A DNA stretch of 64,000 nt from Octopus vulgaris. Lineage: Eukaryota. Shown one piece after another: positions 11,448 to 24,600 of this stretch. Every line of letters begins with the position of its first letter. Position 1 is the first letter of the stretch. The position numbers were made by a program, and so were the translations under genes. A model generated the notes under the pieces. That model was not told where the DNA came from. It did not search any database and saw nothing but the letters and a program-made list of their open reading frames with translations. The DNA is taken from assembly GCA_951406725.2 (NCBI GenBank), contig OX597822.1:39060001-39124000 (forward strand), given 5' to 3'.

Positions 11448-11535
11448 AAATGTTCTTTATAAAATTATTTTAGCATTTTCTATTTTGACTTATTTTTTCA
11501 TATATATCAACTCGTGTGTTCCTTTTCATCCATAG

Positions 11536-11642
<107 letters not shown>

Positions 11643-12523
11643 GATATATAACTTATAAACAAGGGCAAAAGAAAAAATTTCTAATGCCAAATATGCCGAA
11701 ACTAGACACATTGTCCATAACCATATACTTTGTCACAATAAGCACGTTACTCGAAAAAGGTCGACAGAAATTTCTAAAAAATTCCGTTATTACCATATCG
11801 GACCCGATTTCAGAGTTAGTTCATAAGAACCTTCCCTTCGTCAGTGATAAATGCGGCAAAGAAATAAATGAAATACTTACTTATACCCATGGAAGAAGCA
11901 AACACTAAGTCATGAGCACAATTAAGTACCCCAAATATATCCAAAATAGAAATTCTCCAGCCCATTCGAGACACGTGCGATTCGAAACATCTTTTTCGAA
12001 AAATTTTATCCTATATTCATTGTAAATTTAATAGTGTTCACTTCCGGACTCACTCACTGGTGTGGTTACGTCCCCGTAACTTAGCGGTTCGGCAAAAGAG
12101 ACCGATAGAATAAGTACTAGGGCAGTGCTCCAGCATGTCCGCGGTCAAATGACAGAGCAAAAACACCTAAGCTCCACGAGGCTCCGGTGCGGGGTGGTGG
12201 TGAACCTCGCTGTACTCTTTCACCACAACTTTCTCTCACTCTTTCTTCCTACTTCTGCCAGAAAGCAGAGGAACTATTGTGTGGTAAACCTTCAGACCCT
12301 AGTCTAGATTGCGAATCCTCTGTACTCCAGGATGGTTCAGCTCTCCACTCGTTAAAAGCCACCGTTTACGGAATGAGGATAACAACGTAGCTTTCGCGCC
12401 CGTGCAACCGCCAGTCTATCACGTGGTAGGTGGATCTTCAAGTTGCCACACGTATTCTTAGTAGCTTAGAGTAGGCTCGAATTAGAGATTATTCTTCGTG
12501 GCTAATGGCATGAGTCCAGATTG

Positions 12524-12688
12524 GAAGAAGAAGAAGAAGAAGAAGAAGAAGAAGAAGAAGAAGAAGAAGAAGAAGAAGAAGAAGAAGAAGAAGAAGAAGA
12601 AGAAGAAGAAGAAGAAGAAGAAGAAGAAGAAGAAGAAGAAGAAGAAGAAGAAGAAGAAGAAGAAGAAGAAGAAGAAGAAGAAGAAGAA

Positions 12689-12720
<32 letters not shown>

Positions 12721-12725
12721 AGAAG
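12524..12725. repeat. Pure (GAA)n tract of about 62 uninterrupted units in ENKUR intron 3
   Basis: Uninterrupted GAA from 12524 to 12709, ending about 40-55 nt from the exon 3 donor. Confidence 0.95.
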
Positions 12726-12764
12726 ACAACAGCAACAAAAAACACCCTTTCATTTCATCCTTAC

Positions 12765-13030
12765 CTTCTTCTGAATAAAAAGGGGTTTGATACCGGATGG
12801 CAGCAAGAGGTGTTTATCCCCATTTCGAGTGTCACAGTACTTCTGGGTGACTTTCTTGGGCAGCGATGTGATTATTTCAATGGCATTCTCTGTGATGAAG
12901 TTCTTTGTAGTCTTCATTCCACACATGGGCACATTGTCTTTGCTAGGCAAGCTGGGCTTCTTGGTCGTACACGTCGTCCTGTCCTGCGATGACTTCTCTG
13001 CCGCCGCCGGCTTCACATTGACAGCTTTTT
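12765..13030 (-). CDS. ENKUR: Enkurin coding exon 3 (KKAVNVKP...KNFITENAIEIITSLPKK...DTRNGDKHLLLPSGIKPLFIQKK)
   Basis: Acceptor gtccag|, donor |gtaagg, 266 nt. Overlaps ORF 12750..13016. Contains the KNFI..NA and GDK..L.PSG enkurin motifs. Confidence 0.95.
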
Positions 13031-13616
13031 CTGGACAACATCAACGGCAACAACAACAAAGAAACAAAGAGAAAATGAGAGAAGAAAGGATAAAAAAAAA
13101 TACAATGTTAAGTGTTTGCGTCTTAGCGTTAATGGTGAGGATGAGGGTGATGGTGGAGATGGTGATCAATGACGGCGGTTATGGTGGTGGTGGTGGTGGT
13201 GGTGACGACGAGGAGGACGGCGTCGGCGACGATGACTATGACGATGCTAATGGTGACAGCGGTGGTGGTGGTGGTGGTGATGGTGATGCTGACAATGACG
13301 ACGACGACGACGACAATGTTGACGGTGGTGGTGATGTTGATGTTGATGTTAATGATGATGATGATGATGAGAGGATACCGGCAACGATGACAGGAGCGGT
13401 GTGTAGAGGGCGCAGGAGTGGCTGTGTGACGGGCGCAGGAGCGGCTGTGTGGAGGGCGCAGGGGAGCCTGTGTGGTAAGTAGCTTGCTTACCAACCACAT
13501 TGTTCCGGGTTCAGTCGCACCGTGTGGCACCTTGGGCAAGTGTCTTCTACTATAGCTTCAGGCCGACCAAAGCCTTGTGAGTGGATTTGGTAGGCGGAAA
13601 CTGAAAGAAACCTGTC

Positions 13617-13759
<143 letters not shown>

Positions 13760-14786
13760 AAGAGACCGATAGAATAAGTAATAGGCTTACAAAGAATAAG
13801 TCCTGGGGTCGATTTGCTCGACTAAAAAGTTCCAGCATGGCCACAGTCAAATGACTGAAACAAGTAAAAAGAATACATGGAAACTGGGAAACCCGGAAAC
13901 CCGGCCCTCTGAGTCCACATGACTCGGGAAGAAACGTTACTTCACTTTTAATGGTTATACTAGTTAGCATTAGTGTTTTTACACACACACACACACGCAC
14001 ACACACACATACATACAAACACATATACGACGAGTAAATCGACCCCACGACTTATTCTTTGTAAGCCTAGTACTTATTCTATAGGTCTCTTTTGCCGAAC
14101 CGCTAAGTGACGGGGACGTAAACACACTAGCATCGATTGTCAAGCGATGTTGGGGGACAAACACAGACACACAAACGTATACACACACATATACATATAT
14201 ACGACGGGCTTCTTTTAGTTTCCGCCTAACAAAACCGCTCACAAGGCTTTGGTCGGCCCAAGGCTATAGTAGAAGACACTTGCCCAAGGTGCCACGCAGT
14301 GGGACTGAACCCGGAACCATGTGTTTGGTAAGCAAGCTACTTATCACACAGTCACATTTCTTCTTGATAGGCCGTTCTATATATCTGTATCTTTTTTTTT
14401 TTGCATATATATATTTTTAACTCCTGTGTTTTTTTTATATATGTATTCTTTATAAGTTGAAAGGCAATGATGATATTTATATATGATCAAATGTTTGGAG
14501 GCGTGGTGTTATGTATAAAGTCGTTGACTCGAATTTGATGTTTTATTCTCTGATCAATATTTCTTTTTTTTTATTTCAGTCTCAATTACATTTGAGCAAT
14601 TTATCTTGGCAGTCTTATAAACCCTTTTGTCTCCATAAAAGGAGACATAAATTATCTCATGTATGTGTGTGTGTGTATATATATATATTCGTATATACAC
14701 ATACTCAACGCAGTTAAAGGAACACTCATACAGAAATAGAGATATAAAGAAGCCTCATGAATAACAGTTTACAATGAGACACTCAC

Positions 14787-14911
14787 TTGAATTTTTCCTC
14801 AGAAAATTCTTCGTGTCTGGAATTTCCACTTTGGCTGGGCCCATAGTTTTGGCAATTTCTTGGGTTCGTTTCTTTTCAACCTTCACCTGAGGGCGATATT
14901 TTGATATATAT
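14787..14911 (-). CDS. ENKUR: Enkurin coding exon 2 (YISKYRPQVKVEKKRTQEIAKTMGPAKVEIPDTKNFLRKNS)
   Basis: Acceptor tatttcag|, donor |gtgagt, 125 nt (phase 2 to phase 1). KTMGPAKVE.P...FL.K is a conserved enkurin block. Confidence 0.95.
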
Positions 14912-15219
14912 CTGAAATACAGACAGAATAAATCCTGTTGTAGTGATACCTACACGGTGCCATTAATAATAACAACAAGGTTGATATCTATTATCTCAGG
15001 AAACACACTATCTACATCTAGTCCTTGGTATATGGTACCGATAGGAATGTACCCATAGAAATGCACCTCGTGGGTTTAGAAGAGCATCTAACACCTATTA
15101 GAAATGTGCCTTTTACTTAATAGCGACAATAATGTACATCCCACAATCCAATGACTGAAGCTATTATATCTATTATAAGAAAGGATAATGTGTGTGCGTG
15201 CGCGCGCGCGTGTGTGTGT

Positions 15220-15658
15220 GTATAATAAAAACGAAATTCTGTCTGACCGTCTGGGACCCCTGTATCTCAGTCTATATTTGCTCCACATAGGCATCTTATA
15301 TCCTTTTGGAATCAGGATGATCCCGGAATTGCAAATCTACCCTTCATTTGGTTCTTGAATATCTAGCATTTGGGTTGCAGACGTCAGAGATCAAGGGGGA
15401 GATAAGTGACAGTCGCTAATTTTACGTCGAGATAAGAACTTTGGGACAAATTGGCCAACAGTTGGAATTCAACTTGGGATTGGAAGAATAGAATGATTGC
15501 ATTACAGAACTAATTCTTATCCGTCCTTAACCCCTGATCAAACACCACTGGGGCATATAGTCATGATATTTAACTCTCTTCAACTTTGGGCTGCCGGCCC
15601 AATTAGCCCTGCGCAGCGGTTAGCTTAAAGTCCTCACGGAGTGCAGCTTTTAAGCTAA
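15220..15658 (+). mobile_element. Possible degenerate non-autonomous Helitron
   Basis: 5' tataataaaa...ctgtctg.ccgtctg start and a 3' hairpin agcttaaag...cttttaagct followed by CTAA. A pogo/Tigger-like end (CAGTAATCCCTCG) follows at about 15667. Confidence 0.35.
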
Positions 15659-15985
15659 TGTGTATGCAGTAATCCCTCGACTATCGCGGGTGTAACGTTC
15701 TAAAACTTCCCGCGATAGGTAAAAATCCGTGAAGTAGAAACAGTACTGTACTGAAAGGCGGCGAGCTGGCAGAAACGTTAGCACACCGGGCGAAATGCTT
15801 AGCGGTATTTCGTCTGCCGTTACGTTCTGAGTTCAAATCACGCCGAGGTCGACTTTACCTTTCATCCTTTTGGGGTCGATAAATTAAGAACCAGTTACGC
15901 ACTGGGGTCGATGTAATCGACTTAATCCCTTTGTCTGTCCTTGTTTGTCCCCTCTGTGTCTAGCTCCTTGTGGGCAGTAAAGAAA

Positions 15986-16108
<123 letters not shown>

Positions 16109-16120
16109 ATGTATGTATGT

Positions 16121-16795
16121 TATGTCAGGTCACTTTCGAGTGCTACTGGTAACATGTAACCCAGTACAATCTGTTGCGTGGTCGGGCCGTCGGCGACTAA
16201 ACCGGCAACCCCACCAAGCTTGCTTGGTGAGGAGGATGATTATTGGACATCCTGCGGGATGAAAAACAAAACTCGTCAAAGGGCGGAGGAACTCTTGAGA
16301 GTCAACGGCCATCCGATAAATGTGTATTTTGTTTCTCTCTTAAGGCTTAAGGCTGTATCATGCGCGGGGACATAGAAATAATCGGACTGAATACCCGATC
16401 GCACGGTTAAACCATTGGGAGTGAAGGACTCCTAGCCTTTGTTAGGGCATCTTTCTAGGAGAAGGTAACTCAGGTAACTGAGATAACTCCGACATAAAAC
16501 CTGCGGCTCAGAGGTTACCGGTGATGTTGACTTGTTCTTCTTTTCGGATTATGGCTACTGTTGCTTAGTGAGTGGGATTGACTCAGTGCACAGCCTTTCC
16601 TCACTTTAAAAAAATCTTCTGACACAGGCATTGCACGATAACAACATTGTTCATGATTGTTGATGGTGCTGTGAGTCTCGACTGAATGGCTGATTGTAGC
16701 CTTAAGAAGCAAATAAAAGTCACATTCGATCACAGCACCAATAACAGTTAAGCTTCGTGCAATGGCCATACTCGATAACGAGGGGGCAGCCATCA
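16121..16795 (+). mobile_element. Non-coding 560-670 bp retroposon flanked by (TATG)n, probably a bipartite RTE-derived non-autonomous element
   Basis: Closely similar copy at about 51918-52480 and a 3'-end-only copy at 36319-36352; 3' end ggccatactcgataacgagggggcagcca followed by ATGT repeats. Related 5' motif at about 56150-56215(-). Confidence 0.65.
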
Positions 16796-17088
16796 TGTAT
16801 GTATGTATGTATGTATGTATGTATGTATGTATGTATGTATGTATGTATGTATGTATGTATCTATCTATCTATCTATCTATCTATCTGATATGAAAATTCT
16901 ATAATTATAAGCATAATTATAATAAAGGTTCAGCAAAATTGCTTCACCACATACTGAAATTTAGAAATAGCAGTTAAATACTATTCCACTGCCATAAGAT
17001 ACCGAACTACTTGGTAAAATTATTAATTATTAATTGATTAATCAATTTTACTCTTTATTATTATTGATAATATCTATCTGATTTGTGT

Positions 17089-17370
17089 AGGCGCGTGGCC
17101 TAGTAGTAAGGGTGTTGCACTCACGATCGCTAGGTTGTGGGCTCGATGCCCGGACTGGGCAGAGCATTGTGTTCTTGAGCAAAACACTTCATTCCACGTT
17201 GCTGCAGGCCACTTAGCTTGTCAATGGGAAACCCTGCGAAATAATAGCTTTCGGATCAGAGGAAATGTTGTCCTGCTCGCCTTGCAAGCGGGGTGTCAGC
17301 ATTAGAAAGCTAAAACGATGCGAAGCGCATTGTGACCAGCGACGTATAACAACATCTGATAGTCTGGGCA
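17089..17370 (+). mobile_element. tRNA-derived SINE family C (ggcgcgtggcctagt...cactcacgatcg...ttgagcaaaacac)
   Basis: tRNA-like head plus CORE-like TTGAGCAA block. Related copies at about 9825-10135(-), 10641-10990, 27878-28172(-), 48100-48375(-), 54668-54950(-), 55316-55598. Confidence 0.7.
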
Positions 17371-17689
17371 AAATTTGAACTTGTCGGCGGAATTTGAACT
17401 CAGAGCATGAAGACAGACGAAATGTTGCTAAGCAATTTGCTCAGCGTGCTAACGATTCTGCCAGCTCGCCTTACTAATAACAATGATTTCAAATTTTGCC
17501 ACAAGGGCAGATTGGGGAGAGGATTACGGCAATTATATCGATCCCGGTGTTTTACTGGTACTTAATTTATCGATCTCGGCGGAATTTGATTTCAAAACAT
17601 AAAGGCGGACGAAATGCTGGTAAGCAGTTTTCCCGACCTGCAAACAATTCTGCCAGCTCACCTTATTATTAATAATTATTATGATAATA

Positions 17690-17900
17690 AGCTACGATGA
17701 TTTAAAGTGGGAAATACGAAGTATGTGGTCAATGAAGAGAGTTAGACGTGATACCAGTAGTAATTGGTGCACTTAAAAGTATCAGCACCCAACAACCAGT
17801 ATGGCTGAAAAAGATAGGCGTAAATATGAAGGTAAAACACCTACAAAAAACAGCATTATTTGAAACTGAAAGAACACTTCGAAGGGTTCTTGAGGCATGA
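17690..17900 (+). mobile_element. Decayed 3' fragment of an RLE-type LINE
   Basis: Reads YDDLKWEIRSMWSMK...LQKTALFET.RTLRRVL across frames, resembling an R4-type C-terminus; TAA-rich flanks. Confidence 0.55.
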
Positions 17901-18191
17901 TCAGTAAAGCGAGTCCCACCTTAGACTGCTGGCTGTAGACAGCTGACACTTTCCATCAAACCCAACAAAATAAGCTGTGGGTTTTCATAAAATAATAATG
18001 TTTAAAATTTTGAGGGGATGAGTCGATTACATCGACCCCAGTGTTTCACTGGCACTGAATTTATCGATCCCGAAAGGATGAAAGGCAAAGTTGACCTCAG
18101 CGGTAGTTGAACTCAGAAGGTAGCGACGGACGAAATACCGCAAAGCATTTCGCCCAACGTGCTGACGATTCTGTCAGCTCGCTGCCTTCAA

Positions 18192-18278
<87 letters not shown>

Positions 18279-18297
18279 TAATAATAATAATAATTAT

Positions 18298-19950
18298 ATA
18301 TGGATGACCTAAAACTATACGCTACAAATGACAAACAGCTGGAAACACTACTAAAGACAGTTCATGGATTTACCAAAGAAATAGATATGAAATTTGGATT
18401 AGAGAAATGCGCCAAAGTAACCCTGAAAAGAAGAAAATTAATTAAGAGTAGCAACATCACACTAGATAAAACCAATGAAATAAAAGAATTAGACCAAAGC
18501 CAAACTTACAAATACTTAGGAATCCATGAACTAGATAAGACACAACACACATAAATGAAAGAGAAAATAAAAAAAGAATATTATAGACGAGTTAGATCAA
18601 TACTGAAAACAGAGCTCAATGCTAAAAACAAGATAATAGGTATCAACACGTTAGCCGTCCCAGTTATAAGTTACAGCTACAATATCCTTAACTGGACACT
18701 AAATGAACAGACCAAAATAGATAGGAAAACAAGAAAAATAATGACAGGATCTAGGATGCATCACCCAAAATCTGACATAGAAAGGCTATATATACAACGT
18801 ATTGATGGTGGTAGAGGCCTTATACAGCTGGAAAACTACTATAAAATAACCACCATAGGACTGCAAAAATATCTACTTCAGAAGGAAGGAAAACTGATAC
18901 AAATAGCGGCAAAACACGAGCAAAACAATAAACTGTTCTCAGTATTTAAGGAAGCTGACAAATACAAACAAGAAATCATACCACCTAACAAATATGAAGA
19001 AGAAGAAGAAGAAGATGAAGAAACAACAAAAGCTATAAAACAAATGAAATCCAAACTAAAAATAGAACAGCAACGAACCATGATAAAACGATGGCAAGAA
19101 AAGCCCCTTCATGGCAAATACTGGACTAAACTAAATGCAAAAGAAATAGACAAAGAAAAATCCCAACAATGGTTGAGAAGCTCAGGACTCAAAGCAGAGA
19201 CAGAGGGATTTTTAATTGCAGCACAAGACCAAAGCCTCGCCACCAGAAATTACCAAAAACATGTAATGAAAAGAAATATAACAAGTAACTGCAGAATATG
19301 TGGAGATGGACAAGAAACAATAAATCATATTATCTCTGGCTGCCCAGTCCTGGAATATATTCACAGACACGACAGAGTTGGGACCTATATACACTGGAAA
19401 CTATGCCAACATTATGGAATAACAACAGAAAAAAGATGGTATAGGCACACACCAGAAAAGGTCACAGAAAACGAGAAAGCAACCATACTCTGGGATATGC
19501 CAATACACACAGATAGAGAAATTAAGGCCAACAGACCAGATATAGTTGTCAGAGATCATGAAAAAAAAGTGTTTTCTAATTGATGTATCAATACCAGCGG
19601 ATGACAACGTGTCTCTAAAAGAAATGGAGAAACTTTCAAAATACAAAGACCTGGAAATAGAGGTAACCAGAATGGGGAATCTAAAAAGAGGTAACCAGAA
19701 TGTGGAATCTAAAAACAGAAACAATTCCTATCATAATAGGACAAATACATAACAAAAACACCAGGACTTACAAACACATATAACATACAGAAAATTGCAC
19801 TACTGGGCACTGCACACATCCTACGCAGAACACTTTCCATACAATAACCAACAGAGCATCACAACAAATCACAGCACATACCCAAGGCACACAGAGCTGC
19901 GCTCGGTAATGAAGTGAAAGCACGCTATAAAAATAAAACTACTGAATAAT
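18298..19950 (+). mobile_element. 5'-truncated R4/Dong-like non-LTR retrotransposon in an (AAT)n tract, antisense within ENKUR intron 1
   Basis: Starts at RT motif YMDDLKLY; contains GGRGL, the CRICG..ETINHIISGC zinc knuckle, RHD, WD.PI.TD..I.ANRPDIV and IDVSIP..K..KY (restriction-like endonuclease). Few lesions; (AAT)n on both sides. Confidence 0.9.
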
Positions 19951-20570
19951 GATAATGATGATAATAATAATTATTATTATTTCATCTTTTTGCCACAAGG
20001 GCAGCATGGGGGAGGTGTGGATGAGTCGATTACATCGACCAAGTGTTCAATTGGTTCTTATTTTATCGATCCCGAAAAGATGAAAGGTAAAGTCGACCTC
20101 AGCAGAATTTGAACTCAGAACGAAGCGACGGGCGAAATACCGCTCAGTATTTCGTTCGGTGCGCAAAACCATTCTACCATCTCGCCGCCCCTTTTCATCA
20201 GATTATAAGAATATATCGTCATCATCGTTTTGACGTCCACTTTTCCATGGCTGCATGGGTTAGCCACAGTTAACTGAGTCAGATATTCAATGACTGGCTG
20301 ATGCCCTTCCTGTCGTCAACTCTCACCTCATTCCAAGCAAGGTAATGTTTCGGCATGGCCAGACATATGTTGTAACAGAATATTAGAAGTGAAAGACCCT
20401 GCTTACAACTGTCATGCGATGTCAAGACAAAGGTAAACAAACTTACGGTATACACAAATATACATACATATCCCACACAGCACATATATATATATGTATA
20501 TATGTACGCACACACACATACATTATATATGTGTATGTACACGCACACACACACACATTACACACACACA

Positions 20571-20622
<52 letters not shown>

Positions 20623-20654
20623 ACAAAGTGAAGTTGTAAGATAGACAGACACAA

Positions 20655-20687
<33 letters not shown>

Positions 20688-20695
20688 CATTTGTG

Positions 20696-20763
<68 letters not shown>

Positions 20764-20971
20764 CCTACCTACCTGTCTACCTGTCTGTCTGTCCGCCCGT
20801 CCGCCCGTCCGCCCGTCCGCCCGTCCGCCCATATCACTGTCCGTTTGAAGGCAGGGTCGTAAAAATGAGGAGATGGAAGAGATACTTAGAGACATTAAAT
20901 GAAACGAAGATATACATACATACAATCTTACATACATACATACATACAAACACACACACACACACACACAC

Positions 20972-21074
<103 letters not shown>

Positions 21075-21111
21075 AGAGGGTTAGATAGTACACTGCGGCA
21101 GCATGACCTAC

Positions 21112-21200
21112 CTGGGTGGCTTCGGTTCAGGTATATGTTCTGCGGGTATAAGGTTAGTTATATATTCCTTATCCGGTAATTTCTTCACGGCTACGGGCAT
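21112..21200 (-). CDS. ENKUR: Enkurin coding exon 1 (MPVAVKKLPDKEYITNLIPAEHIPEPKPP-R)
   Basis: ATG at 21200; 89 nt ending in phase 2 at an AG|GTAGGT donor; the E-x-I-x-NLIP...P.PPR motif matches enkurin N-termini; splices in frame to the exon at 14911. Too short to appear in the ORF track. Confidence 0.9.
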
Positions 21201-21365
21201 ATTTTGTTGTTCAGTTTATACCTGTTGCAACTATACACAATGACGTTCCCTGTTCGCGCTTTCGAGGTAAATGGCTGAATTACTAATGTGTATTTACAGA
21301 TACAAAGATACACTACTTTTTAGTATAGGAAGCCTTTTGAATAACAGCAGCCGACAACACAACGG

Positions 21366-21398
21366 GTAGCTATGGAAACTGTTGACGTCATGTAAACA
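21366..21398. promoter_or_regulatory. ENKUR proximal promoter cluster: X-box-like (RFX), CRE and forkhead (FOXJ1-type) motifs
   Basis: GTAGCTATGGAAAC (21366-21379), TGACGTCA (21383-21390) and TGTAAACA (21391-21398) within 33 bp, about 170-200 bp upstream of the ATG. Confidence 0.65.
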
Positions 21399-21649
21399 GG
21401 CAATCTAAAAACAGTTACGTACGTAATGGCATCTCAAGGGGAATTACTCATGTAAAAATAATTGACTTAATTCCCTTGAAATTATTTTCTTCTTGCTCGT
21501 TGTTGTTTTCGTTTTATCTGACGACTGATATACCTCCTCGTCTTTCTCTTTGTCCTCCTCGTCCTCTTCCACCTCGCCCTCGTCCACATCGTCCTCCTCC
21601 TCTCTCTCAGACACATCATATGCGATGAGTGTAAGCCTGTTTCAATGCA

Positions 21650-24600
21650 ACAGGACTGCGGAAAAAACAGGACAACGGAAAAAACTGGGGGAGGCTGCGG
21701 ACTTACAATCTTCGTCTTTGTAACATATTGTAACAGATACCAATGAGAATGACAGCCCCATGATTGACCAAGAGGCGGGAATCGGGAATCAATGAAACCC
21801 AGTTAACACGGAAATTATCTTGGACACGAATATGGCTGTTACTTCGATCAGTGAACCAAGTGCAAACAATTTTAGGTGCAAGCTGTGCTGTAGGATCTTT
21901 GCAACCGAGAGAGGCTTGAAGGTACATCAGGGAAAGGCTTGTAAGAAGAGGACAGAGCAGTGTAGATCATGTGATCGTAAAACACGTGGCAAATCATCCC
22001 GGGACTCAAACCGCAGCGGATCGGTAAATGCTACAGCAAAGACCTCTTCCAGACAGGAAACTGCAGGTTATGAAACCGGTGTATCAGATAGTAATCGGAG
22101 GAAACCGAGGTTTTTGTGGCCTGCTGCTAATGAGAGAGTAAGATACAAAGAGTTTGAAAACAAGGTATGTCGAGCTCTTTATAAAATGACAAGATCTACA
22201 GTGGAGAAACTGGGAAAGTTAACAAGCTCAATACACGATACGGGAAAGGAATTATAAAAAGAGTATCCGATTAGCGAAAGGAAAGTGTGGACCAAGTTGG
22301 AGGATCAGGAAAATGAAACAGTTGACGAAGGAAAAGACCAGCCTAAGAAAGCGATGGAAATGTGCTACAGAAGATAAAAAACCTGGCCTCACGCTGTAGT
22401 GCGACGATTTAAAAAGGAAATGCCGTTATGTGCAACGACATATCCGCCGATATGAGCAACAAAGGAAAGTAAAAGGACTCGGTAACAGTTGCTGAAGGAT
22501 CAATACGGGGTAACTAAGAAGCTGTTCACTGAAGCGAAGAATGGCGCTTTACTCATATCAAAGTAACATACAGCGATCCACACCGTAACCAGCCACTGTC
22601 ACCGCTAAATGGACTAAATGGACTCTTAGAACCTGATATCGAATTTCGAATTGGGGACATCAGGGAGAAGGGGTTGACTAATTTCGTGAGAAAAGCTAGA
22701 ACAATGAGTGCCCCAGGAGGTGTTGGCGTTTCATATAAAGTATACAAATATTGTAATCGTCTGCGAAAGAAGCTCTTTGTCCTACTACGACAGCTGTGGC
22801 ACGAAAAGACTCTAGTAGAGGATTGGTGTAAGGCACAGCGCATATACCAGCCGAAGGAGGCCATAAAACAGTTTAGGCCGATATCCTAATTCAATGTGGA
22901 AGGCAAGATCTTTACGGGAATTCTCTCAAGGAGAACAGTGACATATTTACAGAGTAATGGATATGTTGATGAATCTGTTTAAAAGGCCGGAATCTCTGTG
23001 ATCTCTGGATGCGTTGAACACTGTTTTTCGATTTGGAAAGCGATCAGGATGCCAAACAGAACAAGACAAATCTGAACGTGGTATGGCTTGACCTAGCGAA
23101 TGTATATGGCTCAGTGCCACATAAATTACTGATGAAAGCCATGGACCACTTCCACATTCCAGACAAAGTAACCAAATTAATGAGGATGTACTATGACAGC
23201 TTTGAGATGAGGTTTACGGCTGGAGATTTTACAACAGATTTTACAACACCGATTGGAGATTGGCATTGCTGCTGGCTACACAATATTTGTCACGTAGTTT
23301 ATCTTAGTCATAGAAATGATTTTGAAAGCCGTGGATTTTTCGGAACAAATCACCCATGTACAGTCGCCTAAGAAGGCCTTCATGGATGACGTGACACTAT
23401 GCAGAGTGCCCTCTTGAGACTAGACGAGCTTGTGAAGTGGTCAAGGATGCGATTTAGAGCAAAAAAGTCGCGCATACTGACATTTATTAAGGGAGTGCAA
23501 AAAGAAATTAAGTTTCAAATAGCCTATGAAAGCATTCCAAGAAAGAACCCGTCAAGAGGTTGGGGCGAGTATACGCTGGAACAGAGCTTCATTTGATCCA
23601 ATGTATTCAACAGATGACAAGGTGGAAGGAACATGTTGTTGAGAGAAAAATAAGTTGGAATGAGATATGGAGGTGGACCACATTTCGGCTAAGTTTTCTG
23701 ATACGTTCATCCTACGAGGGGCGTTCAATAAGTAATGCCCCTGACCCACTTCCCATAGCAGTAGAGCAACGAAACTTGGCACAGTTATTAGTCTTTTTCT
23801 ACATAGGAACCACTCAGAGTTACGCATTTCTCCCATTGTTTGATGCAGCTCTGGAGACCGTTTTTGTAGAAGACCCCAGCTTGGTCCTCCAACCTGAACG
23901 TGACTTCAGAAATCAAGGCTGCATCATCTGGGAAACGCTTTCCTTTCAAAAACAACTTCATGACTGGGAAGAGGTGAAAATCAGAGGGTGCAAGGTCAGG
24001 AAAGTAGGGGGATGGGGGAGGAGTTCATAGCCATACGCCTGTGCTTCTGATCTGGCGACAAGCGAGTTGTGGACCGGAGCGTTGTCCTGCAGGAGGAGGA
24101 TGCCTTTGCTGATCTTGCCCCGCCTCTTGATTTTGATAACTTCTCTTAATTTCCTCAAAAATGAAGCATAATAGGCTCCTGCAATTGTGGTACCCTTTTC
24201 CAGGAAATCTGTCATCACTACTCCGTCCTGGTCCCAGAAGACTGTGAGCATGACCTTGCCAGCGGAGGGCTGCACTCTTGCCTTCTTTGGAGGGGGTGAG
24301 TCACGTTGCTTCCACTGCATTGACTGGGCTTTGGTCTCTGAATCATCGTGATGGACCCAGGTTTTATCCTGTGTAATCAGTCTTTTGAAAAATTTTGACT
24401 CGTCTTCTTGGCACATCTCCAAATTCACCCTCGAGCACTAGACGCGTTCTTGCTTCTGGAAAGGCGTGAGCAACCTGGGAATCCATCTGGCAGACACCTT
24501 TTGCATATGCAAATGGTCATGAATGATAGTTTCCACAGACCCGGTACTAATCTTGACCTCATGGGCTATTTGGCGAATAATTATGCGTCGATCTTCCAAA

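Noticed and set aside
12787-13482. 231-aa ORF on the + strand
   Set aside because: It is the antisense of ENKUR exon 3 running into GAT/GGT repeats and a SINE.
21440-21630. Acidic open stretch on the minus strand (YDVSEREEEDDVDEGEVEEDEED...) as a possible upstream ENKUR exon
   Set aside because: Low-complexity GAG/GAC tract with no recognisable homology. ENKUR already has a good ATG at 21200, and the promoter motifs lie between the two.
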